A DNA stretch of 32,000 nucleotides. It comes from Selenobaculum gibii (GTDB lineage Bacteria; Bacillota; Negativicutes; ICN-92133). The notes below the pieces were generated by a model that made no database searches, was not told the origin of the DNA, and saw only the letters and a list, made by a program, of their open reading frames with translations. The stretch's first letter is position 1, and each line of letters starts with the position of its first letter. The position numbers and the translations under genes are program-made. The stretch is from positions 320,401 through 352,400 of the forward strand of contig NZ_CP120678.1 in the NCBI RefSeq assembly GCF_030273445.1, written 5' to 3'. This document shows positions 7,193 through 16,201 of the stretch, piece by piece.

Positions 7193-8482
7193 GTGTCAAA
7201 AAAATATAATTGGAAAAAACATTTAGCGGTGGTATTAGCAGGGGGAATCTTTACGCTTGCAAGTACATCGGTATGGGCTAATGCAATAGATTTAACATTA
7301 GAAGAAAGTATTAATATGGCACTTAATAATAATAAGTCCATAAAAATATCTGGTACTGAAGTGGATAGTGCAAAATGGGCAGTGGAAGAAGCGAAAGGGA
7401 ACAAAGGGTTTAGTTTAGGGTATATACACACAGATGGCCGTGCAAAAACCAGTTCTTCTCAGGGTTCTGTAATTGGGAACTCTTTTAAAAATCAGATTAA
7501 AGCCCAATTGCCAGTATATACTGGTGGGGCTTTAGAGGGAACGATCAATAAAGCTGAGATTGGAGCAGAATCAGCAGAGTTATCTTTAGAAAATACTAAG
7601 CAACAGGTAAAGCTAGACACGACAACAGCATATTTTAATATTTTAAAAACAGCAAATTTAGTACAAGTTGGGCAAGAGTCTGTAAACAGTTTGAACGGTC
7701 ATTTAAAAAATGTTAATGCACAGTATGCGGTAGGAACTGTTGCAAAATCCGATGTATTGCGTTCTGAAGTTGAATTGGCAGATGCACAACAAAATCTTAT
7801 TGTATATCAAAATAATTATGATTTAGCGATGTCTAACTTTAATAATATTGTTGGTTTAGAGTTGGATACGATAGTGAATATTAGTGATAAATTGCAATAT
7901 ACAGAGAATGATTTATCTTTAGAAGATAGCATTGCTTATGCATTAACACATCGTCCTGATGGAATTATGGCAGAAAAGAATATTGCAATGGCGCAAGAAC
8001 AATTAAATGTGGCTAAAGCTGGCGGACGCCCAAATGTTTATTTGGGAGCTGAACAATCTTGGCTTAGTGATAAATTTCCTGGTGATGACGACAATGGCTG
8101 GAGCGTTGGGGTAACAACGAGCTGGAATGTTTTTGACAGCAATGTTACTCGTTCACAAATTAAACAAGCAGAAGCTGCAGTAATGAAAACAATGGAGCAA
8201 GAACAACAGAAAAAAGATGCAATTCAGCTAGAAGTGCGTCAAGCGTATTTAAATATGCGAGAAGCTGAAAAACGTATTCAAACAAATCAAGTAAGTGTAG
8301 AAAAAGCTGAAGAAGATTTTAAAATTGCACAAGTTCGCTACAGCGCAGGTGTAGGTACAAACCTTGATGTAATTGATGCACAAGTGGCATTAACTTCTGC
8401 AAGAACAAACTACATTGTATCTTTGTATGATTACAATACAAGCAAGGCAAGTCTAGATAAAGCAATGGGCGTTGGAATTTAA
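7193..8482 (+). CDS. tolC: TolC-family outer membrane channel (OEP family)
   Basis: The start is reassigned to GTG 7193, 9 nt after AAGGAGG (7177-7183). Signal peptide VSKKYNWKKHLAVVLAGGIFTLASTSVWA/NA. Two OEP repeats show typical motifs (LTLEESINMALNNN, AQYAVGTVAKSDVLRSEVELA, VRYSAGVGTNLDVIDAQ). Confidence 0.9.
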   Translation: MSKKYNWKKHLAVVLAGGIFTLASTSVWANAIDLTLEESINMALNNNKSIKISGTEVDSAKWAVEEAKGNKGFSLGYIHTDGRAKTSSSQGSVIGNSFKNQIKAQLPVYTGGALEGTINKAEIGAESAELSLENTKQQVKLDTTTAYFNILKTANLVQVGQESVNSLNGHLKNVNAQYAVGTVAKSDVLRSEVELADAQQNLIVYQNNYDLAMSNFNNIVGLELDTIVNISDKLQYTENDLSLEDSIAYALTHRPDGIMAEKNIAMAQEQLNVAKAGGRPNVYLGAEQSWLSDKFPGDDDNGWSVGVTTSWNVFDSNVTRSQIKQAEAAVMKTMEQEQQKKDAIQLEVRQAYLNMREAEKRIQTNQVSVEKAEEDFKIAQVRYSAGVGTNLDVIDAQVALTSARTNYIVSLYDYNTSKASLDKAMGVGI

Positions 8483-8494
8483 TTTAGAAAATTA

Positions 8495-8540
8495 GGATTC
8501 AGATGAAGTTGTAATTTTATCTGAATCCAAGTTTTTCTTT
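8495..8540 (+). terminator. Rho-independent terminator after tolC
   Basis: GGATTCAGAT (8495-8504) and ATCTGAATCC (8519-8528) form a perfect 10-bp stem with a 14-nt loop, followed by AAGTTTTTCTTT. Confidence 0.7.
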
Positions 8541-8566
8541 ATTTTCATGGATGTGTAAAGTTGAGA

Positions 8567-8593
8567 TAGGGATATTGTTAAACAATATCCCTA
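8567..8593. promoter_or_regulatory. Perfect 27-nt palindrome upstream of tamB (operator candidate or second hairpin)
   Basis: TAGGGATATTGTT-A-AACAATATCCCTA has 13-bp arms around one central base. TTGAGA (8561-8566) lies immediately 5' and TGATTTTT immediately 3'. Confidence 0.45.
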
Positions 8594-8684
8594 TGATTTT
8601 TAGATGGGAAAATTCTCTACAGGAAGTCTCTATTGCTGTGTAGAATCTTGTATTATTAACAGTAGTGACGATGGAGGAGAAATT

Positions 8685-11600
8685 ATGAGGCAAAGGTTAT
8701 TCGTTGCAGTTTTATTGGTAATTGCTTTAACCATAGGAGCTTGCTTTTGGTATATAAAAAGCCAGGCTTTTACGACTTCGGCTGCAAATGTAATAGCTGG
8801 AGAAATAACAAGAACATTAGATACGCGGGTGGATATAGCGTCAGTTACTGTAGACTCGCCGACGACGCTTGCGTTAACGAATGTTACAATACAAGATAAA
8901 ATGGGCACTGCTATTTTGGAAAGTGGGAGAATAGAGGTTTCTTTTAGTCCTTTAGCAGTACTTATGGGAGAATCTGTAGTTAAGAGTATTAGTCAAGTAG
9001 AAGTTGACTCCCCAGAAGTCAATTTAGTTCGTCGCAATAATCAAGAGTGGAATTACATGGACTTTATGAATAGTGACGAGAAAAGTGAGCTTGATTTTTA
9101 TGGGAAAGTTAAGTTTAGTCAGGCGATAATTAATGTGGAAATCGATAAAAAAAGATTGAAGCTAGAGGATATCAGCGGTAGTCTAGATTTAGCTAATCAG
9201 CCATCCATTCATTTTGATATTATAGCTAAACAAGCAGATGGAGATATCAAATTCAATGGAGTATGGGGTGGAAAAAACAAAGCAGTGAGTGTAGAAGCTA
9301 ATAATTTTACACTGGATAACTACTTAGAATTTTTGCCAGAAGAGTTTGCAATTCAGGTTAATAGTGGGAAGTTGACTTCTTTTAAAGCGACGGTAACAAG
9401 TGATGATAATGGAAATCTGAAGGTTAATGGCGAAGCATTATTGCTAGGTATAAGTTTAACTGTTGAGAAAACGGAGGTTGATCATATTGATGGATTCGTT
9501 TTATTCAATGAGTCTGAAATAAGAATTTTTAGCCGTGGGCAGATCGCTAAGCAGCCAATTGTACTAAAAGGAACTACAGATCTGAATATGATTGAGCCGA
9601 TGCTTAATCTAGAATTAAGTTCTAAATCGTTTGATGTTACTAAAGTGCTTGAAAATTTCCCCGTTAAAGGGACGTTTAATTTTGTTGCAAATATTCAGGG
9701 CAATTTTAAAGAACCTCTCATCACGGGCAATTTTTCATCAGAAGAACTCATCTATCAAGAGTATATTGCTCATAACGTTGTAGCAGATTTGCGATTTGGT
9801 GATGATGTTTTATATATTGATTCATTAACTACAGATTTGTGTGAGGGAAAGGCGAACATACAAGGCGAGTTCAATACAAAAACAGAAAAATATGGAATAA
9901 CGTTGATGGGGAAAAATATAAATCTCGATTTGTTGCCCGAATATAATCAAGGATTATCAGGTTATATGGATCTTGACGTTAGGGCAAAGGGACAGGGATT
10001 AAATGATATCAATAATGTAATTGTATCTGGCAAAACGACTGTTCATGATGGTTCGTATGCAGGTGTTAATTTTACTGGCGTTGATGCTGGATTTTATAAA
10101 GATGCTAATTATATCGCCGTAGATTATGTAAATGTAAATTTGCCACAAGGGCAAGTGACATTAACAGGGCAAATCAATGAGCAAAATATTAATCTTGTTA
10201 TGCAAGGAAATAATGTAGCTTTAGCACAATTTTTGCAAAATAGATCAGAATTTGATTTGAGCGGTAATGCATCTTTTCATGGAAATATAAGAGGGACACT
10301 TGAGGCCCCTACAGTTTTTGTAAATGTTTTAGCTGAAAATGGAAGTCTACTTTATCAGCCATATCAGAAATTGACGGGAATTTTGGAAAGTGACTTTGAA
10401 ACGATAAATATAAAAAATATTGAAATGACAGATGGAATAAGTACACATAAAGTTCAAGGGAGTATTGGTTTAAAAAATGAGAATCCTTTGAATTTGACGG
10501 TTGTTTCAACTCAGGCTAGAGCAGAAAATCTAATAAAAATCTTATTGCCGGGAGAGGATTTAACTGGAAATATTGATAATACAGTTGTTTTGCGTGGAAC
10601 GTTAGAGAATATTGATGCGGAAGGAAATATTTTCTTTAATGATGGAAGTTACAGGGGAATGCTGTTGCGTGAGGCGCACGGTAAGTATAAACGTAAAGAT
10701 GGGGTAACTTCTATTGAAGATTTCTCAATAAGTTCACCAAACTTGAATGTAAAAATAAGTGGATTGATTTCAGCGGGTAATGCGCTAGATTTTGATATTA
10801 TTGCTGATGATATTGATTTAGTTCAGCTTAAATTAAACTTACCATATAAGGCAGAAGGAAAAGCAAAATTTGTTGGTAAGTTAAAAGGTCATGTAGATAA
10901 TCCTAATTTTTATGGAACTTTAACGGCAGATCGCACTGTTTTTAATCAAAATGAATTGCGAAACATAAACGGAAAAATACGTTATGCAAATGATGAAATC
11001 GAACTGGACTCCTTTAACTTCATGCAAGGAGATGGAAGTTTTGATTTATCCGCAAACTTTAATTTATCAACCAAAAGGGTCCGTGGGGATTTGGTTGTAA
11101 AAAACTCTGATGTTGCTGGTCTGTTAGAAATTTTAAATGTAAAACAAGATTGGCTTTTCGGGAAATTAAATGGTGACATCCATCTAGAAGGAAGTACTGA
11201 AAAACCGAAAGTCAGAATCAATGGAACAATTGAAAATGGATTTTTAAAGAAATACCCACTAGATGATGTCTCCTTAGATGTTTTTGTTGATGGAAGAGTC
11301 ATTAATATTGAAAAGTTTTATGCAAAACAAGGACAAGGGATTCTTGTCGCAAAAGGGACAGCAGATTTAGATGGTGACCTTAACTTTGAAGTTGCAGGGC
11401 AGTCTATACACGCTGCTTTATTAACAGATCTAATGGATCTGGATATTGATACAAAAGGAACATTGGATTTTGGCAGCCAAGTATTTGGTACTGCTTCATC
11501 ACCGAAAGCAAATCTATCTATGGAGATTAAAGGTGGGGGAATTGGTGGAGCGACTTTTGATTCTTTATACGGTATGTGTACGCTAAATGAAGGAATTATT

Positions 11601-12959
11601 GATGTTCAACAGATATTGTTGACGAAAGGCGAATATAAAGCTAGTGCGTATGGTATTGTCCCATTGGCGGCATTAACAAAAACAGATAATGTTGATGTAA
11701 AAGAGCAAATGAATTTGAAAGTTTCATTAGATCAGGCCGATTTAAGTATTTTACCGTTTTTGACGAAAGAAATAGAATGGGGCAGGGGAAATACAAATGG
11801 AAATTTAGTTATCACAGGAAGTTTATTGCAACCGTTAATTAATGGAAACATTACCGTGAATGATGGGACTCTAAAATTGAAACATTTGGGGAAACCAATC
11901 CAAAAAATGGCGGTTGATATTCAATTTCTAAATGATAGAATAGATGTACAAACTTTTGATGGTGTTATGGGAGATGGATCTTATCAATTGCGTGGACGCG
12001 CTTTTATTGGTGCTAACGGGCTAAAAGATTATTCCCTCACTCTAAATTTAAATGATTTAGACATTGTGAATAAGTATTATACGGGTCCATTGAATGGTTT
12101 GCTATCATTAGAGGATGATAAAGGAGTTCCTAAAGTTGTCGGAAATGTCGATTTAGCAAATTGTACAGTTGATATACCGATGCTTCCGGATACAGAAGAT
12201 GGTTTTCCTAATGTGAAATTGGATGTTACTGTTAATGCAGGTAAAAAAGTTCGTCTTTATAACTCAATGTTATATGATATTTTAGTTGAAGGACATGCTA
12301 ATTTTAGTGGATCAACGCAGCATCCACGGGCATCGGGGGAATTTTCTGCAATTCGAGGCAATGTAAACTATTTAAAGACTTCGTTTAAAATTCGTGAAGG
12401 CACCGTGTTATTTAATCAAGCGGGTTCCTTTATTCCAAGTATTAGGCTAAGCTCTGATACGCAATTGCAACGAACAAAAATTTATTTGGATATAGATGGT
12501 CCTGTTTCAAATATGCAGGTCAAATTATATTCTAATCCAGAGTTAAGTGAACAAGAAATCTTATCGCTGCTTACTTTAAGAAGTGCTTATGACAGCAAAG
12601 AGGAATCTGGAATTGGTAAAGACGAGTTGAATGCAATTGTTAATCTAGGTCTAAGTGCAAGCTTTTTTAGTGAGTTAGAGAACATTGCAAAGAGTGCATT
12701 AGGTGTAGATGAGTTTAATGTTGTTAGGGATACTTTATCGTATACTGAAAATGGAAGTAATTATAATCGTGAAGTGTATAATTTAGAAATAGGTAAATAT
12801 GTTACAGATAAAATGATGCTAAAATATACTACAGGAATTGATCATGAAGACTATTACTTTGGTATACGATATGATTTTAGTAATAGAATTAGTTTTACAA
12901 GTGATATTGATCAAGATAATAATAAACGATTTGGTATTGAGGCTAGATTTAAATTCTAG
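8685..12959 (+). CDS. tamB: TamB / AsmA-like translocation and assembly module protein (DUF490 C-terminus)
   Basis: The start is reassigned to ATG 8685 (GGAGGAG at 8673-8679). It has an N-terminal TM anchor (LFVAVLLVIALTIGACFWYI). About 1400 aa of repetitive beta-rich sequence follow, with recurring 'G.l.g.l...G....P...G.i...' units. The TamB-type C-terminus reads LSEQEILSLLTLR...FGIEARFKF. Confidence 0.88.
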   Translation: MRQRLFVAVLLVIALTIGACFWYIKSQAFTTSAANVIAGEITRTLDTRVDIASVTVDSPTTLALTNVTIQDKMGTAILESGRIEVSFSPLAVLMGESVVKSISQVEVDSPEVNLVRRNNQEWNYMDFMNSDEKSELDFYGKVKFSQAIINVEIDKKRLKLEDISGSLDLANQPSIHFDIIAKQADGDIKFNGVWGGKNKAVSVEANNFTLDNYLEFLPEEFAIQVNSGKLTSFKATVTSDDNGNLKVNGEALLLGISLTVEKTEVDHIDGFVLFNESEIRIFSRGQIAKQPIVLKGTTDLNMIEPMLNLELSSKSFDVTKVLENFPVKGTFNFVANIQGNFKEPLITGNFSSEELIYQEYIAHNVVADLRFGDDVLYIDSLTTDLCEGKANIQGEFNTKTEKYGITLMGKNINLDLLPEYNQGLSGYMDLDVRAKGQGLNDINNVIVSGKTTVHDGSYAGVNFTGVDAGFYKDANYIAVDYVNVNLPQGQVTLTGQINEQNINLVMQGNNVALAQFLQNRSEFDLSGNASFHGNIRGTLEAPTVFVNVLAENGSLLYQPYQKLTGILESDFETINIKNIEMTDGISTHKVQGSIGLKNENPLNLTVVSTQARAENLIKILLPGEDLTGNIDNTVVLRGTLENIDAEGNIFFNDGSYRGMLLREAHGKYKRKDGVTSIEDFSISSPNLNVKISGLISAGNALDFDIIADDIDLVQLKLNLPYKAEGKAKFVGKLKGHVDNPNFYGTLTADRTVFNQNELRNINGKIRYANDEIELDSFNFMQGDGSFDLSANFNLSTKRVRGDLVVKNSDVAGLLEILNVKQDWLFGKLNGDIHLEGSTEKPKVRINGTIENGFLKKYPLDDVSLDVFVDGRVINIEKFYAKQGQGILVAKGTADLDGDLNFEVAGQSIHAALLTDLMDLDIDTKGTLDFGSQVFGTASSPKANLSMEIKGGGIGGATFDSLYGMCTLNEGIIDVQQILLTKGEYKASAYGIVPLAALTKTDNVDVKEQMNLKVSLDQADLSILPFLTKEIEWGRGNTNGNLVITGSLLQPLINGNITVNDGTLKLKHLGKPIQKMAVDIQFLNDRIDVQTFDGVMGDGSYQLRGRAFIGANGLKDYSLTLNLNDLDIVNKYYTGPLNGLLSLEDDKGVPKVVGNVDLANCTVDIPMLPDTEDGFPNVKLDVTVNAGKKVRLYNSMLYDILVEGHANFSGSTQHPRASGEFSAIRGNVNYLKTSFKIREGTVLFNQAGSFIPSIRLSSDTQLQRTKIYLDIDGPVSNMQVKLYSNPELSEQEILSLLTLRSAYDSKEESGIGKDELNAIVNLGLSASFFSELENIAKSALGVDEFNVVRDTLSYTENGSNYNREVYNLEIGKYVTDKMMLKYTTGIDHEDYYFGIRYDFSNRISFTSDIDQDNNKRFGIEARFKF

Positions 12960-12963
12960 CGGA

Positions 12964-13617
12964 ATGGATGAGAAGATGGATTTACGTAATTATTTAGAGG
13001 AATTAAATAAAATACGGCTATTAGAACAAGAGGAAGAACTAGAACTTTGGAAGAGCTATAAGCAGCAAAATGATTTGTCATCACGTGAATTATTAATATC
13101 TTCTTATCAGCCTTTGATATTTAAAGTAGTTACACAACTGCATTTAAATGACAGTCTTCTTATGGATGTTATTCAGGAAGGGACTGTCGGGTTGATTGAG
13201 GCGGTAGAACGCTATGAATATGAGCGAGGCGTAGCATTTAGTTTATATGCTACGCATCGTATTCGTGGAAGAATGTTGAATTTTATTCAGAAGGAATATA
13301 AGCGTAATTTGACTTATATTGACAATCCAATGTATAATGAGGATTGTGTTTTGGACTGGAGGGAGTCTTTAGTTGATGATGCCTTGCCAGTCTGTGAGCA
13401 AGTTGAAGATCATGTTCTTATGGAGCAGATAAAAAGTGCTGTAAGCCGCTTGCCGCGAAAAGAGCAGCTTGTCATTGATAGTGTTTATCTTAAGGAACAG
13501 GAAACGAAGACAATTGCCCAAAATATGGAGCTAAGTACTACTCATATTTATCGTTTGCAAAAGCAAGGGATACGTCGAATTCGTGGAATGCTATCAAAGT
13601 TTATGCAGCATTGGTAA
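12964..13617 (+). CDS. Sigma-70 family RNA polymerase sigma factor, group 3 (FliA/WhiG-like)
   Basis: Region 2 reads DVIQEGTVGLIEAVERYEYERGVAFSLYATHRIRGRMLNFI; the RIRG motif is typical of FliA/SigD-type sigmas. The region 4 HTH reads LPRKEQLVIDSVYLKEQETKTIAQNMELSTTHIYRLQKQGIRRIR. The ORF-track N-terminal extension (12838-12963) overlaps tamB and is rejected. The start is ATG 12964 or ATG 12976. Confidence 0.85.
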   Translation: MDEKMDLRNYLEELNKIRLLEQEEELELWKSYKQQNDLSSRELLISSYQPLIFKVVTQLHLNDSLLMDVIQEGTVGLIEAVERYEYERGVAFSLYATHRIRGRMLNFIQKEYKRNLTYIDNPMYNEDCVLDWRESLVDDALPVCEQVEDHVLMEQIKSAVSRLPRKEQLVIDSVYLKEQETKTIAQNMELSTTHIYRLQKQGIRRIRGMLSKFMQHW

Positions 13618-13780
13618 ATTGAAGATAAACGATGTAAATAGGTTATTTTTAAATGATATTTAATTAAAATGTTTAAATTTGACCTATTTTCTGCTTTTTT
13701 TTCATGAATTTATGAGTGGAAAAGACTGTCCTTATATTGATTGTATTTTATGTAGTGCGTAAAGAGGGCGGGGATGAGGT

Positions 13781-14371
13781 ATGACTGATTTAAAAAAGAA
13801 GTTAAAAGGTCATCTTTGTTCTGCTAGACATTGGTTAGGCAAGGCCGAAGAATCTCTTGAAAAAGATAGAGACATTCGTGCAGAGTTAAATCTAATGTTA
13901 GCGCAAGCAGAGATTACTCATGCGAAGGAAGTTAAGAGTGAAAGCAAAGATAGAAGAATAAATTATCGAGGTCTGCTGATTCGCAGTATACTTTTAATAG
14001 GGCTTATAAGTTTTGGGATAGTATCTGGTTTTGGTGGATTTATTGGGACTCAGCAGAAACTGTCTAATGAGTCACAGGAAATAGTGCCGAACTATAGGTC
14101 GACACTGTCGGAAGAAGTCCCTTTAAATGGACAAGTTGTACCTAAAATACAGGAAACTTCGTCGTTTGATTCTGGAGGACCTGATTTAGCGGGGCAACAT
14201 AATGAAATTGAATCGGCTAAAAAAATGCCGATGAAGCAAACGGTAGTTGTTGAAGAAACTATACCTAAAGCTGAGGCAAAGGTTTCGGTATCAGAACAGC
14301 CAGTACGGCTGCAACCGCGTGAAATGCAAGAATTGATTAGTGCGGCTGGAAAATCTTTACGTGGAGAATAA
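13781..14371 (+). CDS. Single-pass membrane protein of unknown function (RseA-like topology; candidate anti-sigma or BAM-associated factor)
   Basis: An RBS (GGGGATGAGG) precedes ATG 13781. About 64 aa of helical cytoplasmic N-terminus come first, then one TM helix (LLIRSILLIGLISFGIVSGFGGFIG), then ~105 aa of low-complexity periplasmic tail. No family was recognised. The gene ends 21 nt before bamA. Confidence 0.6.
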   Translation: MTDLKKKLKGHLCSARHWLGKAEESLEKDRDIRAELNLMLAQAEITHAKEVKSESKDRRINYRGLLIRSILLIGLISFGIVSGFGGFIGTQQKLSNESQEIVPNYRSTLSEEVPLNGQVVPKIQETSSFDSGGPDLAGQHNEIESAKKMPMKQTVVVEETIPKAEAKVSVSEQPVRLQPREMQELISAAGKSLRGE

Positions 14372-14392
14372 GAGAACTTTAGGAGGTTATGT

Positions 14393-16171
14393 ATGAAAAT
14401 TAAATTAAATCATAGATGTATTTTATGTGCCTTGATGCTAACGACAAGTTTTGTAACTGTAAATTTACCTATAACGTTTGCTGAATCTAACCCTCAGGTT
14501 GCAAATGAAGCTCCGGCTCCAGCAGCAAATGAATTGATTGGTAAACCGGTTACAAGTGTAATTATTCAAGGGGTAAATAGCGAAGATTCTGTAGGGCTAA
14601 TGGAGTTATTGAATACGAAAGTTGGCGATTCACTAACTGAGGAAGCTGTAAAAAATGATATGAAAGCACTTTATGATACAGGGAATTTTATTGATGTATC
14701 AACTGATTTTGTTAGAGTTCCAGAGGGTGTAAAAGTTGTTTATACAGCAATGGAGAATCCTATATTAGATCGTGTTGTGATTACGGGGAATGTTAAGTTT
14801 GATGAAAGCAAAATTTTAAGTTTCATTAAAGTTGAGCCAGGCAAAACTTTAAATACAAAAACTTTACATGAAAACATCCGTGAGCTTGAACAAGCTTATC
14901 GTGAGGAAGGTTATATTTTTAGTAAGGTAAGCAATGTTGATATGAGTAAAGACGGTGTTTTAACATTATCAATTAACGAAGGAATATTAGAGGGATTTGC
15001 TGTTAAAGGAAATGAAAAAACAAAAGATTATGTTATTACACGAGAAATGCGTTTAAAGCCAGGTGAACCTTTTAATGCAAAAGATGCTCGCCGTAGTATG
15101 CAACGTGTTTACAATTTAGGATTTTTTGATGATGTAAATATGAAAATTAATCCTGGTGTTGAACCAAATGCTGTAGTACTGGAAACCGATGTTGTGGAGC
15201 GCCGTACGGGAACTTTTGCAATTGGTGGCGGTTACAGTCAAAGTGATGGTTTAATTGGGATTATTGAAGTCGGGGATACTAACTTCCGCGGCACTGGTGA
15301 TAACGCGAAAATCCATTGGGAGTTTGGCGGTGATGCAGATAGTTATGACAACTATGAATTTAGCTATACGCGTCCATGGATTGACAAAAAGGAAACGAGT
15401 GCTGGAATTAGAATTTATGATATGACAAAAGAGTTTGATGATTACGATAATGGCGGCGAGAGAGTTGCAACGTATGATAAAAACTATAAAGGAATTGATT
15501 TGTTCTTTAGTCGTCCAATGAGTGAATATTCGACAAACAGTGTAACACTTAGATATCGTGATGATGCTTATGTTGAATGGGTTGACGGTAGACATTACGA
15601 TGATGCAACCTTATATCCAAACTATTTAGATGATAACTTTGGTAATACGCGTAGTATTATTTTAGGACACGTTACAGATACACGTGATAATGTGTATAAT
15701 CCAACAGATGGTGCCAGAGCCTCTTTGCAAGCTGAGTTTGCTGGCTGGCTTGGCGGTGATTTTGATTATAATAAATATACGTTTGAAGATCGTCACTACT
15801 TTAAAGTTGGTCGAAACCATGTTATTGCTACACGTGGAACTATTGGTTTAGCCGATGGATCGATGCCGGAAAGCGCGCTCTTCTCTGTTGGTGGACAGAG
15901 TACTTTGCGTGGCTATGAAGATAGACAGTTTGAAGGGAAATATATGCTTTTAGGAAGTGTTGAATATCGATTCCCAGTTGTGAATAAAATACAGGCTGCC
16001 GTATTTACTGATTTTGGTGGTGCTTGGGAAAATAAATACGATTTCTCTGATATGCATGCCAGTGTTGGTGTAGGGATACAGGTTGAAACTCCAATTGGAC
16101 CAATTCGCCTTGATTATGGACGAGGTGAAGATGGTGGTAAAACACACTTTACTTTTGGGGGTAATTTCTAG
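14393..16171 (+). CDS. bamA: Outer membrane protein assembly factor BamA (Omp85), three POTRA domains
   Basis: RBS AGGAGG. Signal peptide ...NLPITFA/ES. Three POTRA-like repeats begin VTSVIIQGVN, LDRVVITGNV and LEGFAVKGNE. The Omp85 barrel runs from RTGTFAIGGGYS, with LRGYE and VFTDFGGAW motifs and a C-terminal ...THFTFGGNF. Confidence 0.92.
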   Translation: MKIKLNHRCILCALMLTTSFVTVNLPITFAESNPQVANEAPAPAANELIGKPVTSVIIQGVNSEDSVGLMELLNTKVGDSLTEEAVKNDMKALYDTGNFIDVSTDFVRVPEGVKVVYTAMENPILDRVVITGNVKFDESKILSFIKVEPGKTLNTKTLHENIRELEQAYREEGYIFSKVSNVDMSKDGVLTLSINEGILEGFAVKGNEKTKDYVITREMRLKPGEPFNAKDARRSMQRVYNLGFFDDVNMKINPGVEPNAVVLETDVVERRTGTFAIGGGYSQSDGLIGIIEVGDTNFRGTGDNAKIHWEFGGDADSYDNYEFSYTRPWIDKKETSAGIRIYDMTKEFDDYDNGGERVATYDKNYKGIDLFFSRPMSEYSTNSVTLRYRDDAYVEWVDGRHYDDATLYPNYLDDNFGNTRSIILGHVTDTRDNVYNPTDGARASLQAEFAGWLGGDFDYNKYTFEDRHYFKVGRNHVIATRGTIGLADGSMPESALFSVGGQSTLRGYEDRQFEGKYMLLGSVEYRFPVVNKIQAAVFTDFGGAWENKYDFSDMHASVGVGIQVETPIGPIRLDYGRGEDGGKTHFTFGGNF

Positions 16172-16201
16172 GTAAATGCTTTCTAGTATAATTATCATGG
16201 G

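Noticed and set aside
8604-8684. N-terminal extensions implied by the ORF-track starts: tamB 8604, mlaD 5763, tolC 7166, sigma 12838, skp 17553 and 18159 and 19209, lpxB 28267, the 102-aa ORF at 1726, and the ABC subunit at 21933
   Set aside because: In each case an internal ATG or GTG is preceded by a well-spaced GGAGG-type RBS and yields a sensible N-terminus (signal peptide, TM anchor or family-typical start). The extensions overlap upstream genes or terminators, or encode implausible sequence. For example, the sigma extension overlaps the tamB 3' end in another frame.
13712-13762. A 16-codon Cys-containing micro-ORF (MSGKDCPYIDCILCSA) in the sigma / 13781 intergenic region
   Set aside because: No Shine-Dalgarno sequence lies upstream, the ORF is very short, and it could easily arise by chance. 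It is noted only in case ribosome profiling or conservation later supports it.
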